This document shows, in pieces, positions 33,782 through 44,900 of a DNA stretch of 64,000 nt (the first letter of the stretch is position 1; every line of letters starts with the position of its first letter). The stretch is taken from NCBI RefSeq assembly GCF_000315625.1, contig NW_005434665.1, positions 238,893 to 302,892 on the forward strand. Reading direction: 5' to 3'. This DNA comes from Guillardia theta CCMP2712 (Eukaryota > Protista > Cryptophyta). The notes beneath the pieces were generated by a model, which worked only from the letters and a program-made list of their open reading frames with translations, did no database searches and was not told the origin of the DNA. The position numbers and the translations under genes are program-made.

Positions 33782-36131
33782 AGGGCTGACCCGATCTCCA
33801 AATGAATCGTCGAAGGAGCCTTTTCCACTGGGCCCGTGAATGCTGAAGATTGAAAGCTCGAAAGGGTCATCAGCAAACTCCTGGTCCATGAAAGAAGCCT
33901 GACAAGCCAGTTAGCAATCGCGTCTCTCTCCATCCTGCCTCCTGGTTTGTCCAAGTCTTCCTCCCCCTTCATCATCCACGTCCTCTTCATCCTCTGGCTC
34001 TTCCTCCTCCTCCTCTTCCTCCTCCCCCCCCCCTCCCCCCACCTCTCCCCTTAGCTCATCACGTGGAGTACCTGAGTGCGCTTGCGGACCAGCACCTCGT
34101 ACATCTGCGATCGTTCGAACTCTGCCAGGAACTTGGCAATGTTCTTGCGATGAGATCGCGTGAACGCTTCCTTGTCAAACGTTGACACCCCGTCCTTGTG
34201 CTGCCGGACCTCTCAGGGTTTCGGAATCGTTGGAGAGTCAACAAACCTTGACGTATCTGCGGTAACTGCTGAAGACGCACAAGAAGAAATCAAGAAACAC
34301 GCTCGAGATCTGCAGACATGTGTCAGAGCAACTCATGCTCGAACATTTCTGCCATCCGCCCTCGCCCTGCCCTCTCTCCTCCCTACCCCTCCCCTTCTCC
34401 ATCTCCTCGAGCCTCACCGGTGCCCAGTCAGCATCCTTCCCGCTCATGTTGGACACGCACTTGGCAAGCGCGTTGACCATGGCGTCAAAGTGCTCATCAG
34501 GAAGGTGCTGGATGTCTTTCTCGTTGTAGCGAAGCCTTCCCTTGTCGAGGTCCACCATCACCACCTGGAGGCCTCGTCATTTCCCTTCTCAGCAGGCTCA
34601 AGAGATCTCACCTCTTCCATGGGCATCCCCTTAAGCTTCGGCAGCATCGAGATATGCATGCCGATGATGAAAGGCATCGGAGCACAGACGTAATCCAACA
34701 TCTTGGGGACTAAAATAGGAACGTAGATGTGCTGGAAATCTCGTTCAGAATACCACCCATTCTTCCTTCCTCTCCTCTCCCTTCCTCTCCTCTACCTTCC
34801 CTTCCTCTCTTCTCCCTTCCTCTCCTCCCTCTTCCTCCTCCACGTGTCACAAGCATCCTCCCAGCCGTCGGCTCACCTGCCATTCGAAGGGATACAAGAG
34901 CGAAGTCAGCGCGTGCGCGCAGTCCGAGAGGGTCGAGGGGCTGTTAGACAGGAGGATGATACGGCGCTCGGTCAACATCTGACCCGACAGTCAAGTTCAA
35001 CCCTCTCGCGTTCGCACCTTCTCACCAGGAAGAAGAGCATGACGACCTTGGAGATCGGCATGTTCTTGAACAGCGCGCACAGCCGATGGTCGTACCGGCA
35101 AGACGACGTATTGATGGGCCGCTCGATCACCAGCTCCGGTATGGTTGGGTGGATCCCATCCAGCAACACCCGGACTGTGTGTCCTGGTGCCGGCATCCCA
35201 ACCTCCTGAGACAGGTTCAGCCCGCAATCCTAGCACAGCAACTCATTCACTGCCACCTGAATCTTCTTCATAAGGGCGGCGACACCGTATACCCCCTTGC
35301 AGCCAAGAGCGATCTCCTCCGCAGCCGACAACATGTTGCAGAAGACCTTGTACCACGGGTTTCGGGTCAGGATGCAGGCAACCTCAGGCCCTGCTGGGGT
35401 GGAGTAGCGACGGCAGAAGCCATAGAGACGGTTGGAGTCGGAATCGGTCAACACAAAGGAGAAAGTTTCGCCAGCCTCCTTTGAATCATTCCTGGAGGCG
35501 AAGGGTCAGAGGGCAGGTGAGGGATCAGTCTCTGACCCTCACCCCTTGTGATTCTTGAGCTTCTGCGGGTCCGGGAAGGAGAAGTCAGGGACTGGCTTGT
35601 ACTGTAGCACGTTGGCGTTCTCCGGCGCGTAGCAGAACATCATGACGGGCATGAGGTTACCATCGCTCAAGGCTGTTGATGCAGAAACTATGAAGGCCTC
35701 AAACAGCCTCCCATTCTGAGATGTACACACGAAGAGTGTCAGCCGAAGGCAGAGTGAAGGAAGGAATGATCATGATTACGACGAATGCAGTTGTGTCTAC
35801 ATGTGCCGAACAAGTTGGGGAACAAGTTGCAGGAGGAAAGAAGCTCATCCAAGATGTGAGGTGATAGAGTGTCTTATCATCATGCGAAGATGGATAGACT
35901 TGAAGGAGGTCACAACAAGAGCGGAAATCGAGGAATGGTCGGGGTTGCGGCAGTTTGGCGGAAGAGAGAGTCGAGAGGAAGTTGGAAGGGAAAGGGAATA
36001 CATGGGGGGGGGGCGGAGGAAGGAGGCAGCAGGAGTCAGCATGATTCAGAATGAGTTAGTAGAAGCATGAAGGAGGAGAAGGAGCAGGAGCAGGAGGAAG
36101 CCGCGCACACGCGAACCTGCGCCTTGAGCAT
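32194..36131 (-). CDS. DENN-domain Rab GEF (DENND1-like), multi-exon
   Basis: RLFEAFIV, PDFSFP, FVLTDSDSNRLYGFCRR, ERRIILL, LYPFEWQ, IYVPIL...DYVCAPMPFIIG, FLDFFL; acidic tail with LLIDF. First exon MLKAQ is tentative. Confidence 0.88.
33088..33140 (+). repeat. (GGA)n intronic microsatellite
   Basis: Tandem triplets. Confidence 0.9.
33712..33778 (+). repeat. Compound (TGG)n(CAG)n microsatellite
   Basis: Adjacent triplet arrays inside a DENN intron. Confidence 0.9.
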
Positions 36132-36955
36132 TACGGAGCAGCCGGGGGAAGAGCTCAATGCGTATGAGGGGGATGAGGTGCGTGGTTGTGATCAGAGGTG
36201 GTAGGGGTAGACTGAGAGATCAAGGTGTGGGTAGTCTAATAGGAAATTCATGGATTTAGGTGGGTAGGGGGTCATGGAATCAAATTGAAAGATGTACCAG
36301 GGGGTGGGTGACCTCTTGGCAGGATTGTAGGGGTGGGGGTAGAATTGATTGTACCATGACAAGGGTGGTCCAAAATAAAAAAGGGCCCACTATTCAAAGT
36401 ACCCCCTTAAATAGGGGGTACTTTAAAGTAAAAAAGGGGGTATTACTTCGGCTACAGTGGAAAATTGGGGTGGTTGTAGATCGGAAGGGAAAAGGGGGTG
36501 GTCATGTCTCCCCAGCAGTTCAAAAGGAAGCGACTCTCCCCCCAGGTCCTGGCTCCTTCCGTTCCCTTGCTGCTTCCCTTCCTGCCCTGCCCTCCGTCCC
36601 TCCCTCCTCGCCTCCCCTCCCTCCCACTGCCTCTCCCCTGCCCTGTCCATTTTCTTCCGCGCTCTTGTGCTCTTTGACTTGCTGACTTCGCTCGTAAACG
36701 GTTCCTCGTGCTCCGCAGTTCGTTTTTGCTCCATCGATGTACGTTTCTTGACCCAGCGGCGAAGTCATTTATTTGATATTTGTTCTACTTCACTCGGTGT
36801 CCATCTCGTTATTCAATCACCCCTTCTTCTTCCTTTTCTTCATTCTTTGATTCTTTTATTTCCTGCTTCACCTTCGAAAGGCCTCTACGTCCCTTTCTTC
36901 CACTGCAATATCTTGCCACCGTCAAGCTAGCACAGACAACCTTCACAACCGCAAC

Positions 36956-39600
36956 ATGACAAGCGAGCCTGTGGCTGGCCCCAGAATGCGTGCAAGCACA
37001 CCCTATCTTCTTCTCCTCCTCCTTGTGGGAGTGGTATCATCAACCACCATCACTTACTGCATCTCCGACTCGTGCTCCTCGTGTGTTGAAGACTCCAGAA
37101 TGATCGCAGGCCAGCATAGTAGTGCGACAGACAGAGCCTGTGCATCAGTGTCGCATCTTCGAGGAGGAGGAAGCTTGAGCAGCAGCATGATGTCTAGCGT
37201 TGCCTTCCTCTTCGGGCCCCGGCCACCCGAGCGGCTCGCAGCGAACAAGTGCCCGAGCAAGGAGAAGCAGAACACTTGTAACCGAAGGATCCGAGATCAG
37301 AAGCTGCGGCTGCCCTTTTGGTTGTCCTGGCTCTTCCGCCCCGGATCACGGCAGACGGAGAACTTCCCGGAGCCGGCAGCGGCAGTGATGCTCCAGGGTT
37401 TCGATTGGGACCTCCTCTCAACGAGGAACGAGGTAAGCGCCAAGTGCTGGCAGTGTCGGAAGTCTCTTGCCTGACTTGTTGCCTCTCAGCTGTACAAGCT
37501 GCTGCACAAGAACATCCCTTCCTTAGCTGCTGCCGGTTTCAACGTCATCTGGTACCCCCCACCCTCTGCTAGCGCGGACTCGCAGGGGTATCTACCAGGA
37601 CGATGGTACGAGATCCCTCACAAGAAAGAGCTTCAACGAGCGATCGAGCAAGGAGAGAAGTTCGGCATCGTCAGGTTGTGAACCTTGACAGGCTCCGGCT
37701 GGGCACTGACGGCGTGGTAGCATGGTCGACGTCGTGCTCAACCATCGGACTGGCAGCAAGATCAGCAATCAGGTGCGGCGGCGGGGATGAAGTGTGGTAT
37801 GTTGACTCGTGATACGTCAAAGACTTTCGACTGGACGCGTTTCGAGCAGCCCGACTGGGAGGAGTGAGCGGGACTGCCGCTTGTCGCTTCTCTGACCAGC
37901 TGCAGGTGGGCCATCGTACAGAACGACTGGAAGTGTCCTCCTGAGGAGCACCTGAAGTACTGCCCTGAGAACTGCACGTGCGGAGGGCTAGACACTGGGT
38001 ACACACAGCCCGATCAAAATCGCTTCCCCTTATTGCTGCGATGCAGAGAGAACGCTTGCTTCGCCCCTGACATCGACCATACGTCCCCGAGGGTGCAGGT
38101 AGCAACTGACCGCCGGCTGTCCCCCCGACGTGTCTGACATGCTGGGAAACGAGGCTGACATCGAGGCCTGGCTATCCTGGCTGCAAGAAGCCATCGGCTT
38201 CCATGCTTTCAGGTTCGACAACACCAAAGGTGCTCCTGGAGGCTTCTTCTCTCTCCTCACCCCCCCCCTTTCCCCCAACATTCTTTGCCCAGCTGAGCCC
38301 CACCTTCAGGATACTCCGGGAAGTTTGTGGCCAAGTACATCGACTCTGCCCAACCCTACATGAGCGTCGGGGAGTTCTTTGACACTAACAGGTACCCCGG
38401 AATCAGGGAGACGTCCCTTCAGTCGGCTGATGGGAAATGACAGGGACCTCCTGGAGTCTTGGATCAAGGAGAGCGAGGGGAAGGCGGTAAGACGTCTTGT
38501 CTTCGTTCCTGACAAGTTCTGATGGGTTGTTCCACAGAAAACGTTTGACTTTGGGTGATTGACAGCAACTTACGTTGTCATCTCTTCACTAAATGTTTCA
38601 CAGACTTCGTTACAAGCTCAAAGATGCTATCCACCAGGTGCTCCCAGTTTGGCCTTGCAATGGCGAGCAGACTCAGTTGGTGTTCAGGACGACTATTCTC
38701 ACATCATGGACACCTTCTTTGGTCCCATGATATGGTCTCAATCACAGGCTCTTCTCGCAATCATTGATGAAACCTCCGCAGGTACGCTACAGACAGCTCA
38801 GTCTCGTTCCTGGACAACCATGACACCGCCGGGTTGCTCAAGGATCGTTTCGGTCAGTCAATCGTTGAGTCTGTCAATGAGAAAGCATCTCCAACTCACC
38901 TGCCTCCTCCATGTTTTGCAGGGACCGACGATCAGATCGCCATGGGCTATGTCTTCATTCTCACCCACCCTGGCGTCCCCTGCGTGTTCTGGCAGGTCTG
39001 CAGCTCCATTCCTCTGCTCTGCCATGACGACCTGAGCACAGGATTGGTTTGGAAGCAACCAGCGCACGATCCGCGACCTTATCGCTCTCAGGCAGAGGGC
39101 CGGTATCACCGCGCACAGCAGCTGGAAGGTAGCTCTCAGGAGCAGCCGTTGCCTGCGTCCTAATCTAGTGGCAGGTGGAGGCTGCGACCAAGGGACTGTA
39201 CGCAGGATACGTTGGTGACAGGTCTGCCCCTCCTCCTCCTCCTCCTCCTCCTCCTCCTCCTCCTCCTCCTCCTCCTCCTCTAACGTCTCACCCCTTCAAC
39301 CTCAGTCTAGCTGTCAAGCTTGGGGGTGGGGAGTGGAGCCCTAACACAGGGAAAGCCACAAGAGAATGGGAGCGAGGAGCGTCGGGGAAGAACTGGTGCT
39401 GCTTGCTGCCCCATCCCCCCGCTGCCCGTCCTGACTCAGCAGCTTCTACAGGTGTGTGTGGATCAGGTCAAGCTCGAACGACAAGGACAAGTTGCAGCCA
39501 CTCGGTGCCCCTCCCTCTTTTCCATGACGCCGGCCCTTCCCTCCTCCCTTGTGCTCCTCCTGACTCTCTTCTTGCAGATGGACAACGATTCGTCGTGTGA
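36956..39600 (+). CDS. GH13 alpha-amylase (plant AMY type) with signal peptide, many exons
   Basis: MLQGFDW, WYPPPS..QGYLP, DVVLNHR, PDIDH, FRFDNTKG, VGEFFD, FLDNHDT, GYVFILTHPGVPCVFW, AVKLG. All three catalytic acids are present. Confidence 0.93.
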
Positions 39601-39601
39601 G

Positions 39602-39678
39602 CTCCCGGCTGACCTCAGTTCGTCTCCCTCCTTCCTTCTCCCGGCTGACCTCAGTTCGTCTCCCTCCTTCCTTCTCCC
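39602..39678 (+). repeat. 36-bp perfect tandem duplication just after the amylase stop
   Basis: CTCCCGGCTGACCTCAGTTCGTCTCCCTCCTTCCTT at 39602 and 39638. Confidence 0.95.
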
Positions 39679-39769
39679 TGCTACCCCGGGGAGTCTCGTG
39701 TAACATTTCAAGTATCTTCCTCAACTCTCATAAACTGCCGGACATACCACCACGTTACAAGTCATCGAC

Positions 39770-40690
39770 ACTGCAGCAGCCCCGCGGACTCACTGAGTCA
39801 GTAATGAACTTCCGTACTCAGTAAGGTAGTACTACGGTATGCCGCGCCTACCGGGCCCCCCGTAATCCCGGCTTAGCCACTGAGGCCGCTACCAGCCTTC
39901 CGACTCGGACGGCATCCGGCGCGGCCTCAGTCACTGACGGTGCAGCCGCCCAGCGCGGCGATTCGGTCGGCCCGGGCCCGGGGCGCAGCCTATCCGGTGC
40001 CACCCTCAGTTATGTGCATGTGACAACTGGCAAGTTTTCTCGAAGTGACAAAATCCCGGCCGGCCCGCCCCGGCGCTGCTGTCCGAGCATCAGAGTACGA
40101 AAAGTTCCATCGGAATGCTCAAGATATTTTAGTTAACTCTTTATCAGTACCGTGATGAAGGGGTAGGGTAGTCCTGTGATGGCACTTGATAGAATCTCAT
40201 GAGGGGTAGGGTGATAAGAGAGGGGGGTGAAGGATGACGGGGGTCACCATGGTGGGGTACATTCTAGGACTCCTGTCAATTGTTTGACAGGTTGAAAGGA
40301 AAATTCCCTCAAAGAACTCTACAGGTAGGGGGTGGGGGTACGATAGGGTGGACGACCACAACGCAGAAGGGGTGCCGAAGATATTGGGGTAGGGTGAAGC
40401 TCGTCAAGGGTAGGGTCAGGGTCTGTCAAAAAGCGGTAGTGCACGGGGATATTCGAGGGATGTGGGTACCCACCCTAGGAATGTCTAATAAGTGGGGTGG
40501 GGGGTGTAATTCGGGGGTAGGTACAAAGGAAAGGGGTACAAATAGAGGACTATGAGGGGGTAGGGGGCATCGTAAGGATCCCATGAGGGGGGGTCCAAAA
40601 GGACCGGAAATAGCAACCAAGGAGGGGATGGCCCGCGCTTGGGTATTGGAGGATCGAAATGGGGTAAGGATTCCAAGTAGGAGGGTAGGG
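39770..40690. other. CCGG-rich island followed by a GGGGTA-rich tract
   Basis: Core 39770-40090; many GGGGTA/GGGTAGGG words on + from 40158 to 40690. Confidence 0.65.
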
Positions 40691-40829
40691 CCTGATAGCC
40701 TAATATCAGACTAGAGAAATCGATGAGGTAGAGGATCGGGGAGGGGGATAAGAACGGTCTGCATTTTTTTTTGCCTCTATTTCGGGAGCAGAGGGTTTTT
40801 TAGCGGAGGAGGACGAAGAACCGAACAAA

Positions 40830-41707
40830 ATGTTCCAGGTGACATGGCGGCATGAGGCTTGATGGGATGCTCGATGCGTGTTTGAGGGGGAGATATGGCT
40901 GGGAGAGGATGCTGGAAGTTGTGTTGGAAGTTGCGGGTGGTTGATTGACGGTGTCTCGGGCACGGACGAAATGAGTTTTGTTATGTTGAACGACGAAAGT
41001 GCGAGGGGTTGCTGTGTTGGTTCAGAGCTGATAGCTGCGGCGGAGTCACGAATCAAAGGGAGATTGTCTGGAGAGGAAAGTGGTCTAGATTGAAAGAGCA
41101 GAAATGTGTAGTGCGTATGAAAGTATCGAGTGTGTTTCAAGTTTGTACTTGCTAGTGATGGTGATTTTTCGTGGACGGTCTTGGTTGGTGAGGAACTTCC
41201 ATTGTGTAGTGGTGGCAAGAGAGCAAGAATGCTTTGATATAGAAAGAATGTAAATCTTCGTGATGTCGATGATGTTTCGTGCTCTGTGTGCTTGTTGGAA
41301 CTTCCAGCCTTCCGTAGGTCTGACTTGTGTGACAGGTCCTTGCCAAGGCTGTTGCCTCTTCTGTCGTCTCTGGAGTCGACACCGGATATGCTGGATCCAG
41401 CGGCTTGATGCCCCAGCAGTTCGTCTCCAACAACCAGCCATGCGGCTTCATCTGCTATGGCTTCGGTGAGTTCGACGGACAGGGCTCTGGCCACGACTTC
41501 TCCGGCAACGTAAGTGAAACTCTCTATCTTGTCTTCACTCTTCCGTTCCATAGTGCTCGTTTCTTTCTCCAACCTTGATCTTTTGCATTCTCTCGTGCTC
41601 GACTTTCTTACTGACTGTTTGTGCAGGACTGGCACCCCGCCTTCGGCTTCGTCAACAACTGCGACGGTGCCCGCTCCCACTCCTACTGCGATTACCGCCA
41701 GCAGTAA
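40830..41707 (+). CDS. 87-aa Gly/Ser/aromatic-rich protein with four Cys, 3 exons (40830-40838, 41336-41509, 41627-41707)
   Basis: MFQ|VLAKAVASSVVSGVDTGYAGSSGLMPQQFVSNNQPCGFICYGFGEFDGQGSGHDFSGN|DWHPAFGFVNNCDGARSHSYCDYRQQ*. Phase-0 GT-AG introns, C-ending codon bias; exon 1 is tentative. Confidence 0.7.
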
Positions 41708-41911
41708 ACCGATTTAAGACGTATGGGTGAAATTTTGTAAAGTGCAACTGCGAATTTTATCTCAAGTTCTTCACTCAGTGAACTATGTCTATGTGGACTC
41801 AAAACTCGCATCCTTTCACCATCGAATCTGCTGTTGTGACACTGTACATGAGGACGTGCTGATCGCAGCGATCACACATGAACCTTGAGCAACTGTGTGG
41901 CAGCGCACGGA

Positions 41912-44900
41912 TTAGGAAGAGGACTTGTCTGCCTTCTTGCTGTGAGCAAACGTCCTAGCCTCCTTCACAAGCTCGATGAGCCGCTCTCGCGAGCACGTGG
42001 CTGTCGAAAGTGTCAGGGGCCATGTGGGAGCAGGAGGGAGGAAGACCTTTGAGGAAGGGATGCTCGAGGAGATCCGCGGAAGACGCTCCTGCGAAGAGGT
42101 CAGCGCCGTCAAGATTCACTTGCAGTCGCTCACGTTCAGAGGGTTCAGCAGCAAGAGTCTTCTCGTAGAAATCTTTGATATGCCTGTCGGGAGAATGAGC
42201 TCCCTCCTCTCTGCCTCTTCCTCATCCTCCTCTACTGCCGCTCCCTCCCTCTTGGTCCTCTTCATCCGCTTCCTTGTCCTCATTCCTCGCTATTCCTTTC
42301 CTCTTTCATCCTTCCCTCTCGCCTCCCTCCATTCCTCTGCTGTTTGTTTTCTCCTGTCTCCTCTCCCTCTCCATTTCCGCGTTGCATCTCACGCACTTCA
42401 CCTCCTGCTCTATCCTCTACTTCGTCCTTACCTCCCCCACGACTTTGACTTGAGCTTAGGAGGGCCCTTGGTCGCTATGAGGTAGAGGGCGCGCAGGGGA
42501 TCCTGCGAGGAAGTTGTAAGGAGGAGCGCAGGAGGGAGCTGGGAGACCTGACGGAGGTAAGGAGGTTCTCCTTCAGCCATTTCTGAGAGACGATCAATGA
42601 GGATGAGACAGGGACAAGGAGGAGACAAGAGAAGGGACGGGAACAAGAAAAGATGCAAGAGGAGGGGAGGAGAGGAGATAGGAGAGGAAACGAGAAGAGG
42701 AGAGGCGAGAATGGAAGGAGAGGAGAGGAGAGGGAAGGGGAGAGAGAAGAGGAGAGGAGAGGAGAGGAGAGGAGAGGAGAGGAGAGGAGAGAAGAGGGAG
42801 AAGGGAAGGAGAGGAGAGGAGAGGAGAGGGGAGANNNNNNNNNNNNNNNNNNNNNNNNNNNNNNNNNNNNNNNNNNNNNNNNNNNNNNNNNNNNNNNNNN
42901 NNNNNNNNNNNNNNNNNNNNNNNNNNNNNNNNNNACAGACGAGAGTGGGAGGGAGTAGAGAGATTGGGGCGGGGGGATAGGAGGTGGAAGAGAAGGAAGC
43001 AAGTATTACATCTCCTCGTCTTCCTCCTGCATCTCGATGTCTTCGTCCTGTCCTCTCTCCTTGGTCTCCTGCCCCTACCATCACCTGATGCTACCAACCC
43101 GGCATGTCCTCACCGTCTTCTCCTCCTCCTCCTTCTCCTCCTCCTCCTTCTCCTCCCCTTCCTTGTCCTGGCCCTCTGCCTTCATGAACGCCTTCACGAG
43201 CGGCAACTCCGTGACCTGACCAACCGTCAAACAGCGCAGGCGAGAGGAGAGGAGGAGAGGAGAGGAGGAGAGGAGAGGAGGAGAGGAGAGGAGGAGAGGA
43301 GAAGAGGAGAGGAGAGGAGAGGAGAGGAGAGGAGACGGGAGAGGAGAGGAGGAGGAGGAGGAGAAGAGGAGAGGAGAGGAGAGGAGAGGAGAGGAGAGGA
43401 GAGGAGAGGAGAGGAGAGGAGAGGAGAGGAGAGGAGAGGAGAGGAGAGGGAGAAGGAAGGAGAGGAGTGGAGGGGAGGTAAAGCAACCGATCAAAGTTAT
43501 TCCCATAGACCAGATGTCGACCTTCTGATCATAATGCTGTACAAGGAGAGTGAGGTGGGAGTGGGGATGGGGTCAGCGAGATACCTGGCCTCTCACAAGC
43601 TCCGGAGCCATCCAGTAGTAGGTGCCTGCCATGGACTGCCGCACCCGTTGCTCCTCTGTCAACTACAAGAAAATCAGAGAACGAGGAGGAGGAGGAGGAG
43701 GAGGAGGAGGACGAGGAGGAGGAGTGAGGATCAGGAGCAGGAGCAGGAGGAGCAGGAGAAACTCAAGCAACCTGCACGCAGAAGCCGAAGTCCGCGATCT
43801 TCACTTGACCGGCGGAATTGACGAGGAGGTTGTCAGACTTGATGTCTCTATGAACTCGCCCCTGAGAGGAAGAGTGAGGAGGGGGGAGGGAGGAGATGAA
43901 GCAGCAAGTCAGTGAGGAGGGCAGAGGCGAGGAGGGTGCGGAAGTTTGCGGATGCTGGAGCTAGAAACAGAGGAGACATGACATGGAATGACCTTCTCGT
44001 GGATGAATTCAAGTCCTTCCATGGCTGGACGCAAAAATCCTGCGTGCATGAAGTGAGGGGAAGGCAAGCTGATAGGAGGGAAGGGAAGGAGGAGGGAGGG
44101 GGAGAGGGAGGGAGACGGGGGCAAGAAGGGAGGAGGGTAACATGGGGCGAGGAGTGGAGGAGCAGCGATCAGAAGGGAGACGAGGACGACAGCAGTTGGC
44201 CTCGCAGAGGTGTACAGGGACTCGTTTGTTGCACCTGCAATCTCTTCCTCCATGAACTTCTTGCCGTTAGAGAAGTGACTCTTGACAAACAGCGTGAGGA
44301 GAGAAGGAAAGAGAGGAGAGATGAGGAGACTTGGATCAGCGAAGTCAGCGATCCGCCGTCCATGTACTCCATCACGACCTGTTGACAAGTGCGGAGAGTC
44401 AAGGGAGGCCTCGAACGACGTCATCAGTTTCACGTACCCAGAGATGCTTGTCGTGGATGAAACTCTTGATGTACTGGAACATCGTGTGAGCATCTCTCGA
44501 TGAATGTTGTAGTTTTTTGTATTGCTTGCTTGCTTGTTTGTTTGTTTTTGATGTAGTTGTAGTTGTAGTTGGTGTAGTTGGTGTTGGTGTTGGTGTTGTT
44601 ATTGTTGTTGTTATAGTTGTTGTGTTATAGTTGTTGTTGTTGTTGTTGACCTCACCTTCACTGTGCAAGGGTGGGAGCACATCTTCATCATCGCAATCTC
44701 ATTCTGCAGAGCTGATTGCACTATTCCCCCCTGCGGAACATCTTCACTTTCACCCTCTTCACCTCCACCTTCACTGCACTTGTTCTGACAGTCGTAGCTT
44801 CTTCAGGGCAACCTGAGGGAACTTTGACATGTTGGCACGCGCATAGAGATCCCTTCAACCTTGTCTCCTCCTCTCTTTGGACGACCGAGATAAATCGTTC

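Noticed and set aside
40706-41680. 324-aa minus-strand ORF
   Set aside because: No ATG start or motifs; the opposite strand has clean splice sites and codon bias.
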